From a virus, in the IMG/VR virus record IMGVR_UViG_3300023440_000003, positions 15,588 to 79,587 of that record: a stretch of DNA of 64,000 nucleotides. One strand, 5' to 3'. Each line of letters starts with the position of its first letter. Positions within the stretch are counted from its first letter, which is position 1. This document shows positions 29,372-38,845 of the stretch, piece after piece. Made by a program: the position numbers and the translations under genes. Under the pieces are notes generated by a model that had not been told where the DNA came from, made no database searches, and was given only the letters and a program-made list of their open reading frames with translations.

Positions 29372-29643
29372 TGGATAATTGGCCATACTATGTTGGAAGA
29401 TTTATAACTGCTCCTGCAGTTGAGGCAACTAGTGTTTTATTAGGTGCTAAATTGTTAGAAAAGAAATTTCCTGATGTATTTAAAAAATTAAGTCCCAGAG
29501 GCAGAGCAGTGGCATATCTTACACTAGCAGCGCTCGCTTATACTACATCGCATTTAAGCAGAAAACATTTGGTTAAGAGCTTACAACAATATAATCCTAA
29601 TATTAAAGTAAGCATGCCATGGTCATTTTATTATTTAATATAG
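29368..29643 (+). CDS. Small membrane-helix protein (paralogue of upstream gene)
   Basis: Ends LQQYNPNIKV; two hydrophobic helices. Confidence 0.55.
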   Translation: MMDNWPYYVGRFITAPAVEATSVLLGAKLLEKKFPDVFKKLSPRGRAVAYLTLAALAYTTSHLSRKHLVKSLQQYNPNIKVSMPWSFYYLI

Positions 29644-29686
29644 GCTTTGGTAGAATAAATGGTAGAATCCTTCAGGAGGTGGTATC

Positions 29687-30016
29687 ATGGACAATTTAGT
29701 ATATGCAAGCTTTTTACTTAAAGAAGCAGCTAAACTCAGTTATAGGGAGCGGCAGCGTTTGCCTGATTCTGCTTTTGCTATTGTTTACAGAGATCCTAAG
29801 ACTGGAGAAAAAATCAGAAAGTACCCTATTCACGATAGGGCCCATGCAAAAAATGCGCTGGCTCGTGTTGCTCAGTTCGGTACCCCTGAAGAAAGAGAAA
29901 TAGTCAGACGAAAGGTTTATCAGCGATATCCTGACTTGAAGAAGCAAAGAGAAGAAAAAATAGGTAGACCTTTGACTAGACGTGATTTACGTAAGCGCAA
30001 GTTACCTAAGAAGTAA
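29687..30016 (+). CDS. Basic DUF6582-like putative head protein
   Basis: RQRLPDSAFA..RKYPIHDRAHAKNALAR; LLKEAA leader; strong SD. Confidence 0.6.
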   Translation: MDNLVYASFLLKEAAKLSYRERQRLPDSAFAIVYRDPKTGEKIRKYPIHDRAHAKNALARVAQFGTPEEREIVRRKVYQRYPDLKKQREEKIGRPLTRRDLRKRKLPKK

Positions 30017-30017
30017 T

Positions 30018-31268
30018 TCAATTTGCATTTGTACACAAAATTAATACTTTATCTGGATACTTTGAATGTCTAAACACTAATATTTGAACAAATCCTGATA
30101 TATTTCGTGGGGTTAGTATTATTTTTTGAGTTTTGGGGTTAAGTTTCTCTAAAAGTGCACTTATCTTTCTATACAAGGCTATATATTCTGTGGTTGACCC
30201 CAGTAACCTGAAGCCTTTATTATATAGCTTTTTGATAAGATTTCTTAAATCGTCCTTATATTTGTATTGTATTATTGCTATGTTTATATCTGGCTTATTT
30301 ATTTCAGCATTCTCGAAGAATCTGTCGTATAGGTGAATGGTATGTCGACCATAAAGTTCAACGCCAGCACTTTTTGCTGCCCATAATATAGGGTTTATGT
30401 ATCCATAATAACCGTTCTTTTTATTATGGTCTCTTTCTTTATCTAAAAATACAGCAGCTTTTTTGGATAATGATCTGGGAAGTTTTAACATTACTTTATC
30501 GTCAGTTTTTACGAAATATAATCCAAGAAATTTGAATTCCTCATTTTTCCTTATTGGTGTGATACGGATCTTAAATTTATAACGTCCAAATACAGACTTA
30601 ATGTAGTTTATGATTTTTTCATCACTTAAACTAGATTGAACTCCTATTAAAAAATCATCAGCATATCTGAATGTCACCATCGATAGCGATCTATTATATG
30701 CTTTTGTAATCACATTAAGTCTGTAAGTTAAGCCCGTAGTAAGTATTCCGGCAAGTATAGGTGATGTAGGTAATCCATAAGGGATATGACCATTTATGAA
30801 ACAATACGTTTTAATTACGTCTATGAATCTATCTATATCCATACCTAACTGCAACTTATTTACCTTAGCTATAAAATTTATTGAATCGTCCAATGCGACG
30901 TCATAAGTTTCATATAATTTTTTTGGGAGAACATATTTATATAGGTCTAATCTGTCAGGAGTTATTGATTCGAAGTAATTTATTACATCCACTTTAAAAA
31001 ATCTTCTGTCATCTTGCAGTATATGAAAGAGTTGTAGGAATTTTTGGCCTGAATGTACTGATGAGATAGCGAAATCAGTACAGTTAGTTTCGACATATTT
31101 TAGATATATGATGTAGTGTGTACTTAGAGTGTTATGCAAAATTTTTAGAACTTTTTCGTAAGGACCTAACGGTATATATATTTTTTTAAACTTATCTTTC
31201 TTCTTTATTTGTCTGACTCTATACACTTTGGGTATTTCTTTCTTGAAAATTTTTGTTTCAAACTCCAT
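30018..31268 (-). CDS. Reverse transcriptase, retron-like/unclassified
   Basis: KVDVINYFESI, IPYGLPTSPIL, FRYADDF, FLGL; strong SD AGGAGGTG. Confidence 0.88.
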   Translation of the reverse strand: MEFETKIFKKEIPKVYRVRQIKKKDKFKKIYIPLGPYEKVLKILHNTLSTHYIIYLKYVETNCTDFAISSVHSGQKFLQLFHILQDDRRFFKVDVINYFESITPDRLDLYKYVLPKKLYETYDVALDDSINFIAKVNKLQLGMDIDRFIDVIKTYCFINGHIPYGLPTSPILAGILTTGLTYRLNVITKAYNRSLSMVTFRYADDFLIGVQSSLSDEKIINYIKSVFGRYKFKIRITPIRKNEEFKFLGLYFVKTDDKVMLKLPRSLSKKAAVFLDKERDHNKKNGYYGYINPILWAAKSAGVELYGRHTIHLYDRFFENAEINKPDINIAIIQYKYKDDLRNLIKKLYNKGFRLLGSTTEYIALYRKISALLEKLNPKTQKIILTPRNISGFVQILVFRHSKYPDKVLILCTNAN

Positions 31269-31289
31269 GCATCACCTCCTTTTCTACTT

Positions 31290-31314
31290 CTTATATCTCT
31301 AAATATGCTAAAAT
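31290..31314. promoter_or_regulatory. Back-to-back promoters: AGATATAAG (-, RT) and TGCTAAAAT (+, RNAP)
   Basis: Both motif classes occur in the 56-nt divergent gap. Confidence 0.55.
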
Positions 31315-31324
31315 GTTCAAAGAA

Positions 31325-34300
31325 ATGGTCAAGGAATTCATTCAATTTGTCAAGTCAGTATTTCCGATAGCCACACAGAATCGTGAGATTAAACTGGATA
31401 ATGTCTATACAGATGCTTCCAAAATACCCGATGTATCTGATTATCAAATCCAAAAAAGATACAGACTTGAAGGCCGAAGTTTAAGTGTACCGGTTTATGC
31501 AGATTTTACTCTGTATGAAAAAGGCAAAGTTGTTGCTAAAGCACAGAAGTTGCTAATCGCTCGCGTACCGTTAAAACTTCCTAGAGGAACTTATCTGTTT
31601 AAGGGTAATGAGTTCTTTGTTGCAAATCAGCTTCGTTTGAAGCCAGGAATTTATGTCAGAATTAGAGAAAACGGAGAAGTGGAGGCCCATTTCAATTTAG
31701 CTAAGTGGACTTTTAAAGCTTATTTTAATGGAAGTAAAGTTTATGCTAAGTTCACAAGAGGTCCTGCTATACCTTACTATACATTACTGAAGCTATTTGG
31801 TGCTTCTGAAGATGAGATTAAAAATGCATTTGGCGAACTATATAATGAGAACATTTTATATGACGAAGATGCTATTCTTGGGTGGTATCGTGCATATTAT
31901 GGAGAAGGTACTAAGGAAGAAGCTGTAAAAACATTCAAAAGTATATTATCCTCCGGTTACAGGTTTGATCCGGAAATTTCCAGGCATCTTTTAAATATAG
32001 AAGCATCAAACATTAATAAAGATGTCCTGCTTGCAGCTTTAAAAAAACTTATCGCAGTACGGAGAGGTGAGAAAGAACCTGATGATAGAGATGCTTTGTT
32101 TTTTAAACAGCTATTGGAAGAAAGCGATATATTAAGTGAACATTTTCATAATATGAAATCAAAAGTTATTTTTAAAATACGAAGAAATCTAGTATTAAAA
32201 GACAAAATAAGAGATATTGTTCCTATAGCTGTATTTCAGAGTGTTGTAGACAATGTTTTTACTAAAGATCTTGTAAATCCTTTAAAGCAAACAAATCCAG
32301 TAACCATTGCAGAAAACAATTCCAGAGTAACTATTTTTGGAGAAGGAGGTATTAAGTCAGAATATGCAGTGCCTTATCAGGCTAGAGCACTTAATCCGTC
32401 GCATTTTGGTATTGTAGATCCAGTAAGGACTCCAGAATCTTCAAAGGTAGGGGCTGTATTATTTAGAACAATTGGAGCTGGTAAAGATCCGAAGACTGGT
32501 CTACCAGCAACTGAAGTTTTAGATGTGAAAACAGGAAAGCTTAAACGGATAACATCAACTGAATTTTTTAATTCAAGGGTTGCTTTTCCTGACCAAATTA
32601 AAGAAGTAAAAAATGGTAAGGTAGTTTTTAAGAACAAGTCTCAGGTAAAAATACTATACCGTGGAAATATTGAAATAGTTCCTGCATCTAAAGTGGATTA
32701 TGTTGTGCCTAACTACATGAATGTTTTTACTGTTTCGACCCTATTTTTACCTTTTTTACAATCATTACACCCTAACCGTGCTTCTAAAGCAGCAAACACC
32801 ATAACACAAGCACTTCCATTAAAATACAGGGAACCTCCTTTGGTCCAAAGCGCAATATCAGAAAATTTATCTATGGTGGATATTGTAGGCAGGCAATATT
32901 CAGTGAGATCTCCTGTGGATGGAGAGATAAAATCGGTTAAGAATAATGTGATAGTCATCAAAGATAAAAAAGGAAAAGAGCATAAAATATCTTTAGCTGA
33001 TTATCTTCCATTGAACCAAAATAGTTTCATCTCTATGGAAATTAAAGAAAATATAAAACCTGGCGTAAAGGTAAAAAAGGGAGATTTGCTGGCAGATACT
33101 AATTTTACAAAAGATGGTCAGTTGGCGTTAGGAGTGAATGCTATTACTGCTTTAATGCCGTTCAAACATTTAAATTTTGAGGATGGTATTGTGGTATCAG
33201 AGTCTTTTGCTAAAAAGCTTACTTCTCAACGTTTATTTCACTTTCGTTATCCTTTAGGTTCTGATGTAAAAATTGACAAAGAACTTTATCGATCACTTTA
33301 TCCTCATGAATTACTTGAAGACAATTATAAAAAGTTGGATGAGGATGGAATAATAAAGAAAGGAGCAGTAGTTAAAGATGGTGATATATTAATAGCGGGC
33401 TTAGTAAAAAAGAAGGAAAGTAAAATAGACGAAATAATTGCTCGGTTAAACAGACGTTTAGTTCAACCCTGGGTAAAAAAGCCATTAATTTGGGATAAAG
33501 AGTTTGATGGCATAGTAAAAGACGTAATTAAGACAAAACAGTTTATATCTATAACTGTTCTTACTGAAGAACCAGCAATAGTTGGAGACAAATTGACAAA
33601 CTCTCATGGTTCAAAAGGAGTCATTGTGCACATAATTCCTGATGATCAAATGCCTAAACTTCCGGATGGTCGAACTGTAGAGGTAATCATAAATCCTGTC
33701 TCTATTCTTGGAAGAAATAATCCATCTCAGGTTTATGAAATGGTAGCTGGAAAAGTAGCTGAAAAACTAAAACAGCCTTTAAAAATTCCAGCATTTGGAG
33801 TAGATGACACTCATAAGTTATTAAAAAATCTCACCAAACAATATGGGGTTTCGGATACTGAAACTTTAATTGATCCAGTTACCGGAAAGAAAATCCCCAA
33901 TGTTATGGTTGGTCCTATGTACATTTATAAACTGGAACATCAAGTAGAAGAAAAAATGTCAGCCAGATACAAAGGAGCCTATGATCAGTGGGATATGACT
34001 CCAGCAAAAGGTGTTGATGAACCTGGACAGGCTGTAGGGCTTATGGAAATATATGCTTTATTGGCTCATGGTGCAGGAAATGTATTAAAAGAAATGGCTA
34101 CATGGAAGTCAGAGCGTAATCCTTTATTCTGGGAGGCCATAGAAAATAACTTACCTCCTCCGCCCCCAAAGACTACATTTGTTACTAAAAAATTCGAGAA
34201 CTTATTGAGAGCTGCTGGAATTGATGTAAAAAAAGAAGGGCATCTCGTAAGGATAATGCCACTTACTCAAAGCCAGGTTAAATCTCTCACACAAAATCGT

Positions 34301-37300
34301 TTCATAAAAAATGCCAAGATGGTAGTAGCTGGTACTTTAAAAGAAGAAAGTGGTGGTCTTTTTGATCCAGAACTAACTGGTGGTTTACGTGGAGATAAAT
34401 GGGCTGCTATTAAGTTACCGGATAAGTTACCTTCACCTATCGTATTGCGTGTGTTTAGCTTATTATTGAATATGAAAGAAAAAGATATTAAAGATATAAT
34501 TCTTGGTGTTAAAAAAATTCAGGGAATGTCTGGTTCTGAAGCTATTCTCAAACTGTTAAAGTCTAAATCTTTAGACGAATATTTGAAGCAAGCTCAGGAT
34601 ATGGCTGACGTAGCTAAGCGGTCTAATAATTTGAACGAGTTAAATAAAGCTAACTTGATTATACGTTTTATAAAATACATGAAGGAGAATAACATTAAAT
34701 GGGAGGAATTCTTTCTCGATCGCTTGCCGGTACTCCCTCCTCAATTCCGTCCTGTGTATGTTGATAAACATAACAGGTTATTTCATTCAGATTTTAATCT
34801 TGTATACAGAGATATTAAATTACTGGCGGACCAGATCCAGAGAGCAAAGCAGGAAGGTTTACCTGAAGACGAGATTAACAAAATGAAGAAAGATTTATAT
34901 GAATCTATTGAAATTCTGTATGGTCTGGCGGATCCTTCTTCTAGATATTATGGTAAACGTAAACCCAGAGGAATACTTGACTACATTCATGGACCAAAAC
35001 CTAAAGAAGGTTACTACCAGCACAAAGTACTCCGTAAAACTCAGGATTTATCTGGACGCTCTGTTATTGTTCCTAATCCTGGCCTCCATCCAGATGAAAT
35101 CGGTATCCCAGAGGAAATGGCGTGGAAGATATTTGAACCTTTTATTTTAGCTAAACTTAAATCAGAGTTTGCTATGTCTCCTGCTGAAGCAAGGATCGAA
35201 CTGGCTAATCGAGGTGATAAGGCCAGAAAAGCTTTGGAATTGGTCGCCAGCGAACGGTTAGTTATTGTTAATCGCGCACCTTCACTTCATAAATACAATA
35301 TGCTCGCTTTTAAACCTAAAATTGTTCCAGGACATGCTATACATTTTCCAAACGTCGTAGTATCTATGCAAAGTGGTGATTACGATGGCAACTCGTTAGC
35401 TGGTGATGAATATGTGATTTATTCGTTGAAAGATGAAATATATTTTCGTCCTATTAAAGACTTTCCTAGGGAAGATTCTCCGTACAAGATTAGTAAAAGA
35501 GGTGTTAAATATTTTAAAGTTCCACCAGGCATCAAGGTTCTTGCCTATGATTATAATACAAACACCTTGAAGTGGGATAAGGTCAGTAGTTTTAGTGAAC
35601 ATCCAGTTCAGAAAGTTTATAAAGTTAAGACTTATCATGGAGCTTCGGCTGTAGTTACTGGAGATCATTCTTTACTTGTTTTTGATCCAAGAGATTATAC
35701 TTTCAAACGTATGTCTCCTTTGGAGATAATGCGTAATAAAAACAGGCGTTTTTTTGTGGTCAGACCTAAGAAAATTCGTCCTCTCGTAGAGGTTCCGCGT
35801 ATAAAATTAGGCGATTTGGAGTTAGATTTGGATTTTGAACTTGGTTATTTAATTGGATGTTATGTTGGGGATGGTTGGGTTGACAATCGGAATGGTTTTT
35901 ACATTGCTAGTATGGATAACGGAATTTACGGTAAGCTTAAAAGACTAATAAAGCGGAAATTTAATGTGGCTATGAAAGCTAGAAAAGCTGTAACCAAGAT
36001 TTTTAAGGGTTATGAAGCAACTTCTAGAAAGTTATACGCTAATTTACCTAAGGAATTCAGACGATTTTTAAAAGAAAATTGTGGAAGCAAAGCTAGTGAT
36101 AAAAAATTACCTTCTCCTATTTACTTTTGTTCGCCTGTTATTTTCAGATTAGGATTATTATCTGGTTTACTTGATACGGATGGTACAGTGCATCAATCTT
36201 CTGAAGGTAGGTTCACTATCCTTTATAATACTATTTCTGAAGTTTTAGCAGATGAAGTTAGAATATTAGCTCTTAGTCTTGGTATCAGATCTACGATTAA
36301 AAAGGTTAAGAATACAGATGGTGTTGAGTATTTTCAGATTATATTTTCCTGCAAGGATTTAGCTGAAGCTGTTTTTGGAAAAGGTATACACCTTAGACTA
36401 TATCATACAAAGAAAAAGAAGATTCTGAGTAAGCTTTTTGAAGTAAAGCGAGATAAACGTTTCAATGGCAGTTTGTTCAATATTGTTCCTATATCTGAAG
36501 AGTTAATATATCTTTTGAATTATTCATATCGAAAAGGTTCTAGATTTTCAGCTGATTTCATCTTAGATACTATTAAGCGTGAATACGTTCCGAAGGAAAT
36601 GATATCTTCTATATTACATAATGTTCATCCTAGACATGAACATTTAAAAAAACAGTTCGAGTTACTTAAAGCTTTTATAGAGACAGATGATGTATGGTTT
36701 GATTTTATTACAGAAGTCATTCCGCAGCAGGAAGTTCCTACCTATGATTTAACTACAGAATCTAAGACTTTTCTGTGTGGTATAGATTTCATAGTTTATG
36801 ATACTACTGCAATACATGTTCCAGTAACTCAAGAAGCTCTGCAGGATGCAGTAAAGCTTTTACCTTCTCAGAATTGGCTTCATGAGGGGCGTCCTAAAGA
36901 AATATGGCTTACGCCAAAGATTGAAGCAATATGGGGGCTCTATAAAATAACCCGAGACGGAAAAGATAAAAGCAAACAGTTTAAATTCAATAATGTAGAT
37001 GATGCATTACGTGCTTTTCACAGAGGTGATATTGACATTACGGATACTGTTGTGATTAATAATCAAAAAACTACTTTAGGTAGAGCCTTAGTTAACCGTA
37101 TTTTACCTAAAGATTTCAGAGATCCTAATATTAAACTAGACAAAACCACTATAAATAAATTGATGCGGAATATTTTTGAAAAATATGGCGGTAAAGAAGG
37201 TGCCAGGGTTGCAGGAGAATTGAATAAACTTGGAGGAGATTTTGCTTATCTTATCGGATTTAAATTGTCTTTAGATGATTTTAGTCCTAAATTTGAGGAT

Positions 37301-38845
37301 TTATTGGACAAAGCGTTTGTAGAATCGCTTAAAACTAAAGATCCATCAAAAATTAACCGTAAGGCTATGGAGCTGCGTCAAAAAATAATGAAGTCTTTAA
37401 TGAAGCAGGATGATAACACTTTGGTACAATTAGTTAAATCCGGTACACGCGCTAAAAAAGATTCCTTAATGCAACTTTTAGCTTCGCCAGTACAGCTTGC
37501 TGATGTATATGATCGTCCAATTCCTGTAATAGTTCCAAGAGGATATGCTAAAGGTATGGACACTATTGATTACTTATTTGCTTCTTATGGTGCTAGAAAA
37601 GGAGCGATAGAAAAAACAGTTAAAACAGGGGAACCTGGAGAGCTTTCAAAAGAACTTGTTGCTGCAGCGATAGATTATGTAATAACTATGGAAGATTGTG
37701 GAACTAGAAAAGGAATCGTTATGGATGTGGATAAGGCAGATGCTTTAAACAGAGCTTTAGCAGAAAATGTGGTTAAAAATGGTAAGATTATTGCAAAACG
37801 TAATGAGATAGTTGATGGTAAAGTATATGAAAAACTCAAAGAATCAGGAGTGAAACAGGTAAAGGTAAGATCACCTTTGACATGTGAAGCCCCTGATGGT
37901 ATATGTGTGTTATGTTATGGTGCTAAACCTGATGGCACAATGCCTCATATAGGAGAATACGTAGGAATTAAGAGTGCACAGTATTTAAGTGAACCTGTAA
38001 CACAGATGACTATATCTTCTGTACATACTGGTGGACTTGTTAAAGATATGGGCACTTCTTTTCAGGATATTAGAGCCGTAATGGAAATGAGTAATGTGCC
38101 TGCTAGAGCCACGGTTGCTAAAGTTGCTGGCAAAGTAGAAAAAATTGTGAAACGGCCAGAAGGCGGATATGAAATAATAATAGATGGAAAATCTCATATC
38201 ACTTCTCCATGGGTTGAACCTAAAGTTAAAGAAGGAGATGAAGTAGCCAAGGGTGATATTTTAACTACTGGTTTACCCCATCCAAAAGATATCTATGATG
38301 CCGCAGGCTTGGAAGCTGCACGTAATTTTGTAGTGAATTATCTTGATACTGCTTATCAACAAAATGGTATGAAGTTAGACAGGCGTCATTTTGAAATTAT
38401 AGGCAAAGTTATGTTTGATACAGCTGTTGTTACTGATCCTGGTGACACGGATTTAGTTCCCGGAGATTACGTTAAAATTAATAAACTCAAAGCTTTAAAC
38501 GCACAGATGCCTCCAGAAATAGACGTATCTTTAGAAGACGCAGCAGGTAGAATCTTGGCAACTCCTGTAGATAAATATCCTGCAGGTACTAAGTTAACTT
38601 CTGAGATAATAGATGATTTAAGAAAGAAAAAAATAAAAACCGTAAAAGTTAGAAGCAAGCCAGCATCATTCAAACCCGTAGTTAAAGGTATAGAACAATT
38701 GCCATTGCTTCGTGATGATTGGCTTACAAGAATGGCTTATAGAGATATTAAAAATACTGCTATAGAAGGGGCTCTACGTTCATGGAGTTCTGACTTACAA
38801 GGCTACAGTCCGATACCAAAATTAGTGTATGGAGAGACTCCATGA
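31325..38845 (+). CDS. rpoBC: Fused beta/beta-prime multisubunit-type DNA-dependent RNA polymerase, intein-containing
   Basis: Beta: NQLRLKPG, RTPES, NFEDGIVVSE, GDKLTNSHGSKG, YKLEH..EKMSAR, GLMEIYAL. Beta-prime: GGLFD, LPVLPP..RP, SGRSVI, NRAPSLH, DYDG, RSPLTC, EPVTQ..HTGG, RHFEII. Start is 31325 or 31313. Confidence 0.95.
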   Translation: MVKEFIQFVKSVFPIATQNREIKLDNVYTDASKIPDVSDYQIQKRYRLEGRSLSVPVYADFTLYEKGKVVAKAQKLLIARVPLKLPRGTYLFKGNEFFVANQLRLKPGIYVRIRENGEVEAHFNLAKWTFKAYFNGSKVYAKFTRGPAIPYYTLLKLFGASEDEIKNAFGELYNENILYDEDAILGWYRAYYGEGTKEEAVKTFKSILSSGYRFDPEISRHLLNIEASNINKDVLLAALKKLIAVRRGEKEPDDRDALFFKQLLEESDILSEHFHNMKSKVIFKIRRNLVLKDKIRDIVPIAVFQSVVDNVFTKDLVNPLKQTNPVTIAENNSRVTIFGEGGIKSEYAVPYQARALNPSHFGIVDPVRTPESSKVGAVLFRTIGAGKDPKTGLPATEVLDVKTGKLKRITSTEFFNSRVAFPDQIKEVKNGKVVFKNKSQVKILYRGNIEIVPASKVDYVVPNYMNVFTVSTLFLPFLQSLHPNRASKAANTITQALPLKYREPPLVQSAISENLSMVDIVGRQYSVRSPVDGEIKSVKNNVIVIKDKKGKEHKISLADYLPLNQNSFISMEIKENIKPGVKVKKGDLLADTNFTKDGQLALGVNAITALMPFKHLNFEDGIVVSESFAKKLTSQRLFHFRYPLGSDVKIDKELYRSLYPHELLEDNYKKLDEDGIIKKGAVVKDGDILIAGLVKKKESKIDEIIARLNRRLVQPWVKKPLIWDKEFDGIVKDVIKTKQFISITVLTEEPAIVGDKLTNSHGSKGVIVHIIPDDQMPKLPDGRTVEVIINPVSILGRNNPSQVYEMVAGKVAEKLKQPLKIPAFGVDDTHKLLKNLTKQYGVSDTETLIDPVTGKKIPNVMVGPMYIYKLEHQVEEKMSARYKGAYDQWDMTPAKGVDEPGQAVGLMEIYALLAHGAGNVLKEMATWKSERNPLFWEAIENNLPPPPPKTTFVTKKFENLLRAAGIDVKKEGHLVRIMPLTQSQVKSLTQNRFIKNAKMVVAGTLKEESGGLFDPELTGGLRGDKWAAIKLPDKLPSPIVLRVFSLLLNMKEKDIKDIILGVKKIQGMSGSEAILKLLKSKSLDEYLKQAQDMADVAKRSNNLNELNKANLIIRFIKYMKENNIKWEEFFLDRLPVLPPQFRPVYVDKHNRLFHSDFNLVYRDIKLLADQIQRAKQEGLPEDEINKMKKDLYESIEILYGLADPSSRYYGKRKPRGILDYIHGPKPKEGYYQHKVLRKTQDLSGRSVIVPNPGLHPDEIGIPEEMAWKIFEPFILAKLKSEFAMSPAEARIELANRGDKARKALELVASERLVIVNRAPSLHKYNMLAFKPKIVPGHAIHFPNVVVSMQSGDYDGNSLAGDEYVIYSLKDEIYFRPIKDFPREDSPYKISKRGVKYFKVPPGIKVLAYDYNTNTLKWDKVSSFSEHPVQKVYKVKTYHGASAVVTGDHSLLVFDPRDYTFKRMSPLEIMRNKNRRFFVVRPKKIRPLVEVPRIKLGDLELDLDFELGYLIGCYVGDGWVDNRNGFYIASMDNGIYGKLKRLIKRKFNVAMKARKAVTKIFKGYEATSRKLYANLPKEFRRFLKENCGSKASDKKLPSPIYFCSPVIFRLGLLSGLLDTDGTVHQSSEGRFTILYNTISEVLADEVRILALSLGIRSTIKKVKNTDGVEYFQIIFSCKDLAEAVFGKGIHLRLYHTKKKKILSKLFEVKRDKRFNGSLFNIVPISEELIYLLNYSYRKGSRFSADFILDTIKREYVPKEMISSILHNVHPRHEHLKKQFELLKAFIETDDVWFDFITEVIPQQEVPTYDLTTESKTFLCGIDFIVYDTTAIHVPVTQEALQDAVKLLPSQNWLHEGRPKEIWLTPKIEAIWGLYKITRDGKDKSKQFKFNNVDDALRAFHRGDIDITDTVVINNQKTTLGRALVNRILPKDFRDPNIKLDKTTINKLMRNIFEKYGGKEGARVAGELNKLGGDFAYLIGFKLSLDDFSPKFEDLLDKAFVESLKTKDPSKINRKAMELRQKIMKSLMKQDDNTLVQLVKSGTRAKKDSLMQLLASPVQLADVYDRPIPVIVPRGYAKGMDTIDYLFASYGARKGAIEKTVKTGEPGELSKELVAAAIDYVITMEDCGTRKGIVMDVDKADALNRALAENVVKNGKIIAKRNEIVDGKVYEKLKESGVKQVKVRSPLTCEAPDGICVLCYGAKPDGTMPHIGEYVGIKSAQYLSEPVTQMTISSVHTGGLVKDMGTSFQDIRAVMEMSNVPARATVAKVAGKVEKIVKRPEGGYEIIIDGKSHITSPWVEPKVKEGDEVAKGDILTTGLPHPKDIYDAAGLEAARNFVVNYLDTAYQQNGMKLDRRHFEIIGKVMFDTAVVTDPGDTDLVPGDYVKINKLKALNAQMPPEIDVSLEDAAGRILATPVDKYPAGTKLTSEIIDDLRKKKIKTVKVRSKPASFKPVVKGIEQLPLLRDDWLTRMAYRDIKNTAIEGALRSWSSDLQGYSPIPKLVYGETP
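35393..36802 (+). mobile_element. Intein (470 aa, Ser1, C-terminal Asp, Thr+1) with LAGLIDADG endonuclease in the RNAP catalytic loop
   Basis: SLAGDEYV start; block B VTGDHSL; LIGCYVGDG and LSGLLDTDG; ends TYDLTT..TFLCGIDFIVYD; flanks align to NADFDGDQMAVHVP. Confidence 0.9.

Noticed and set aside
30018-31268. RT as part of a diversity-generating retroelement targeting the duplicated fibre genes
   Set aside because: The motif is GLPTSP rather than the DGR-type GxxxSQ. I saw no near-identical repeat pair differing only at adenines, and the fibre paralogues differ throughout.
31253-31324. ORF-track start of RNAP at 31253, including an apparent SKYA motif
   Set aside because: It overlaps the RT start and SD and lies upstream of the -10 box, so it is probably not translated and not counted as a KxA leader.
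31253-38845. Host chromosomal rpoBC locus
   Set aside because: No ribosomal protein genes nearby, the sequence is highly divergent and reduced, and it is flanked by phage spike and RT genes.
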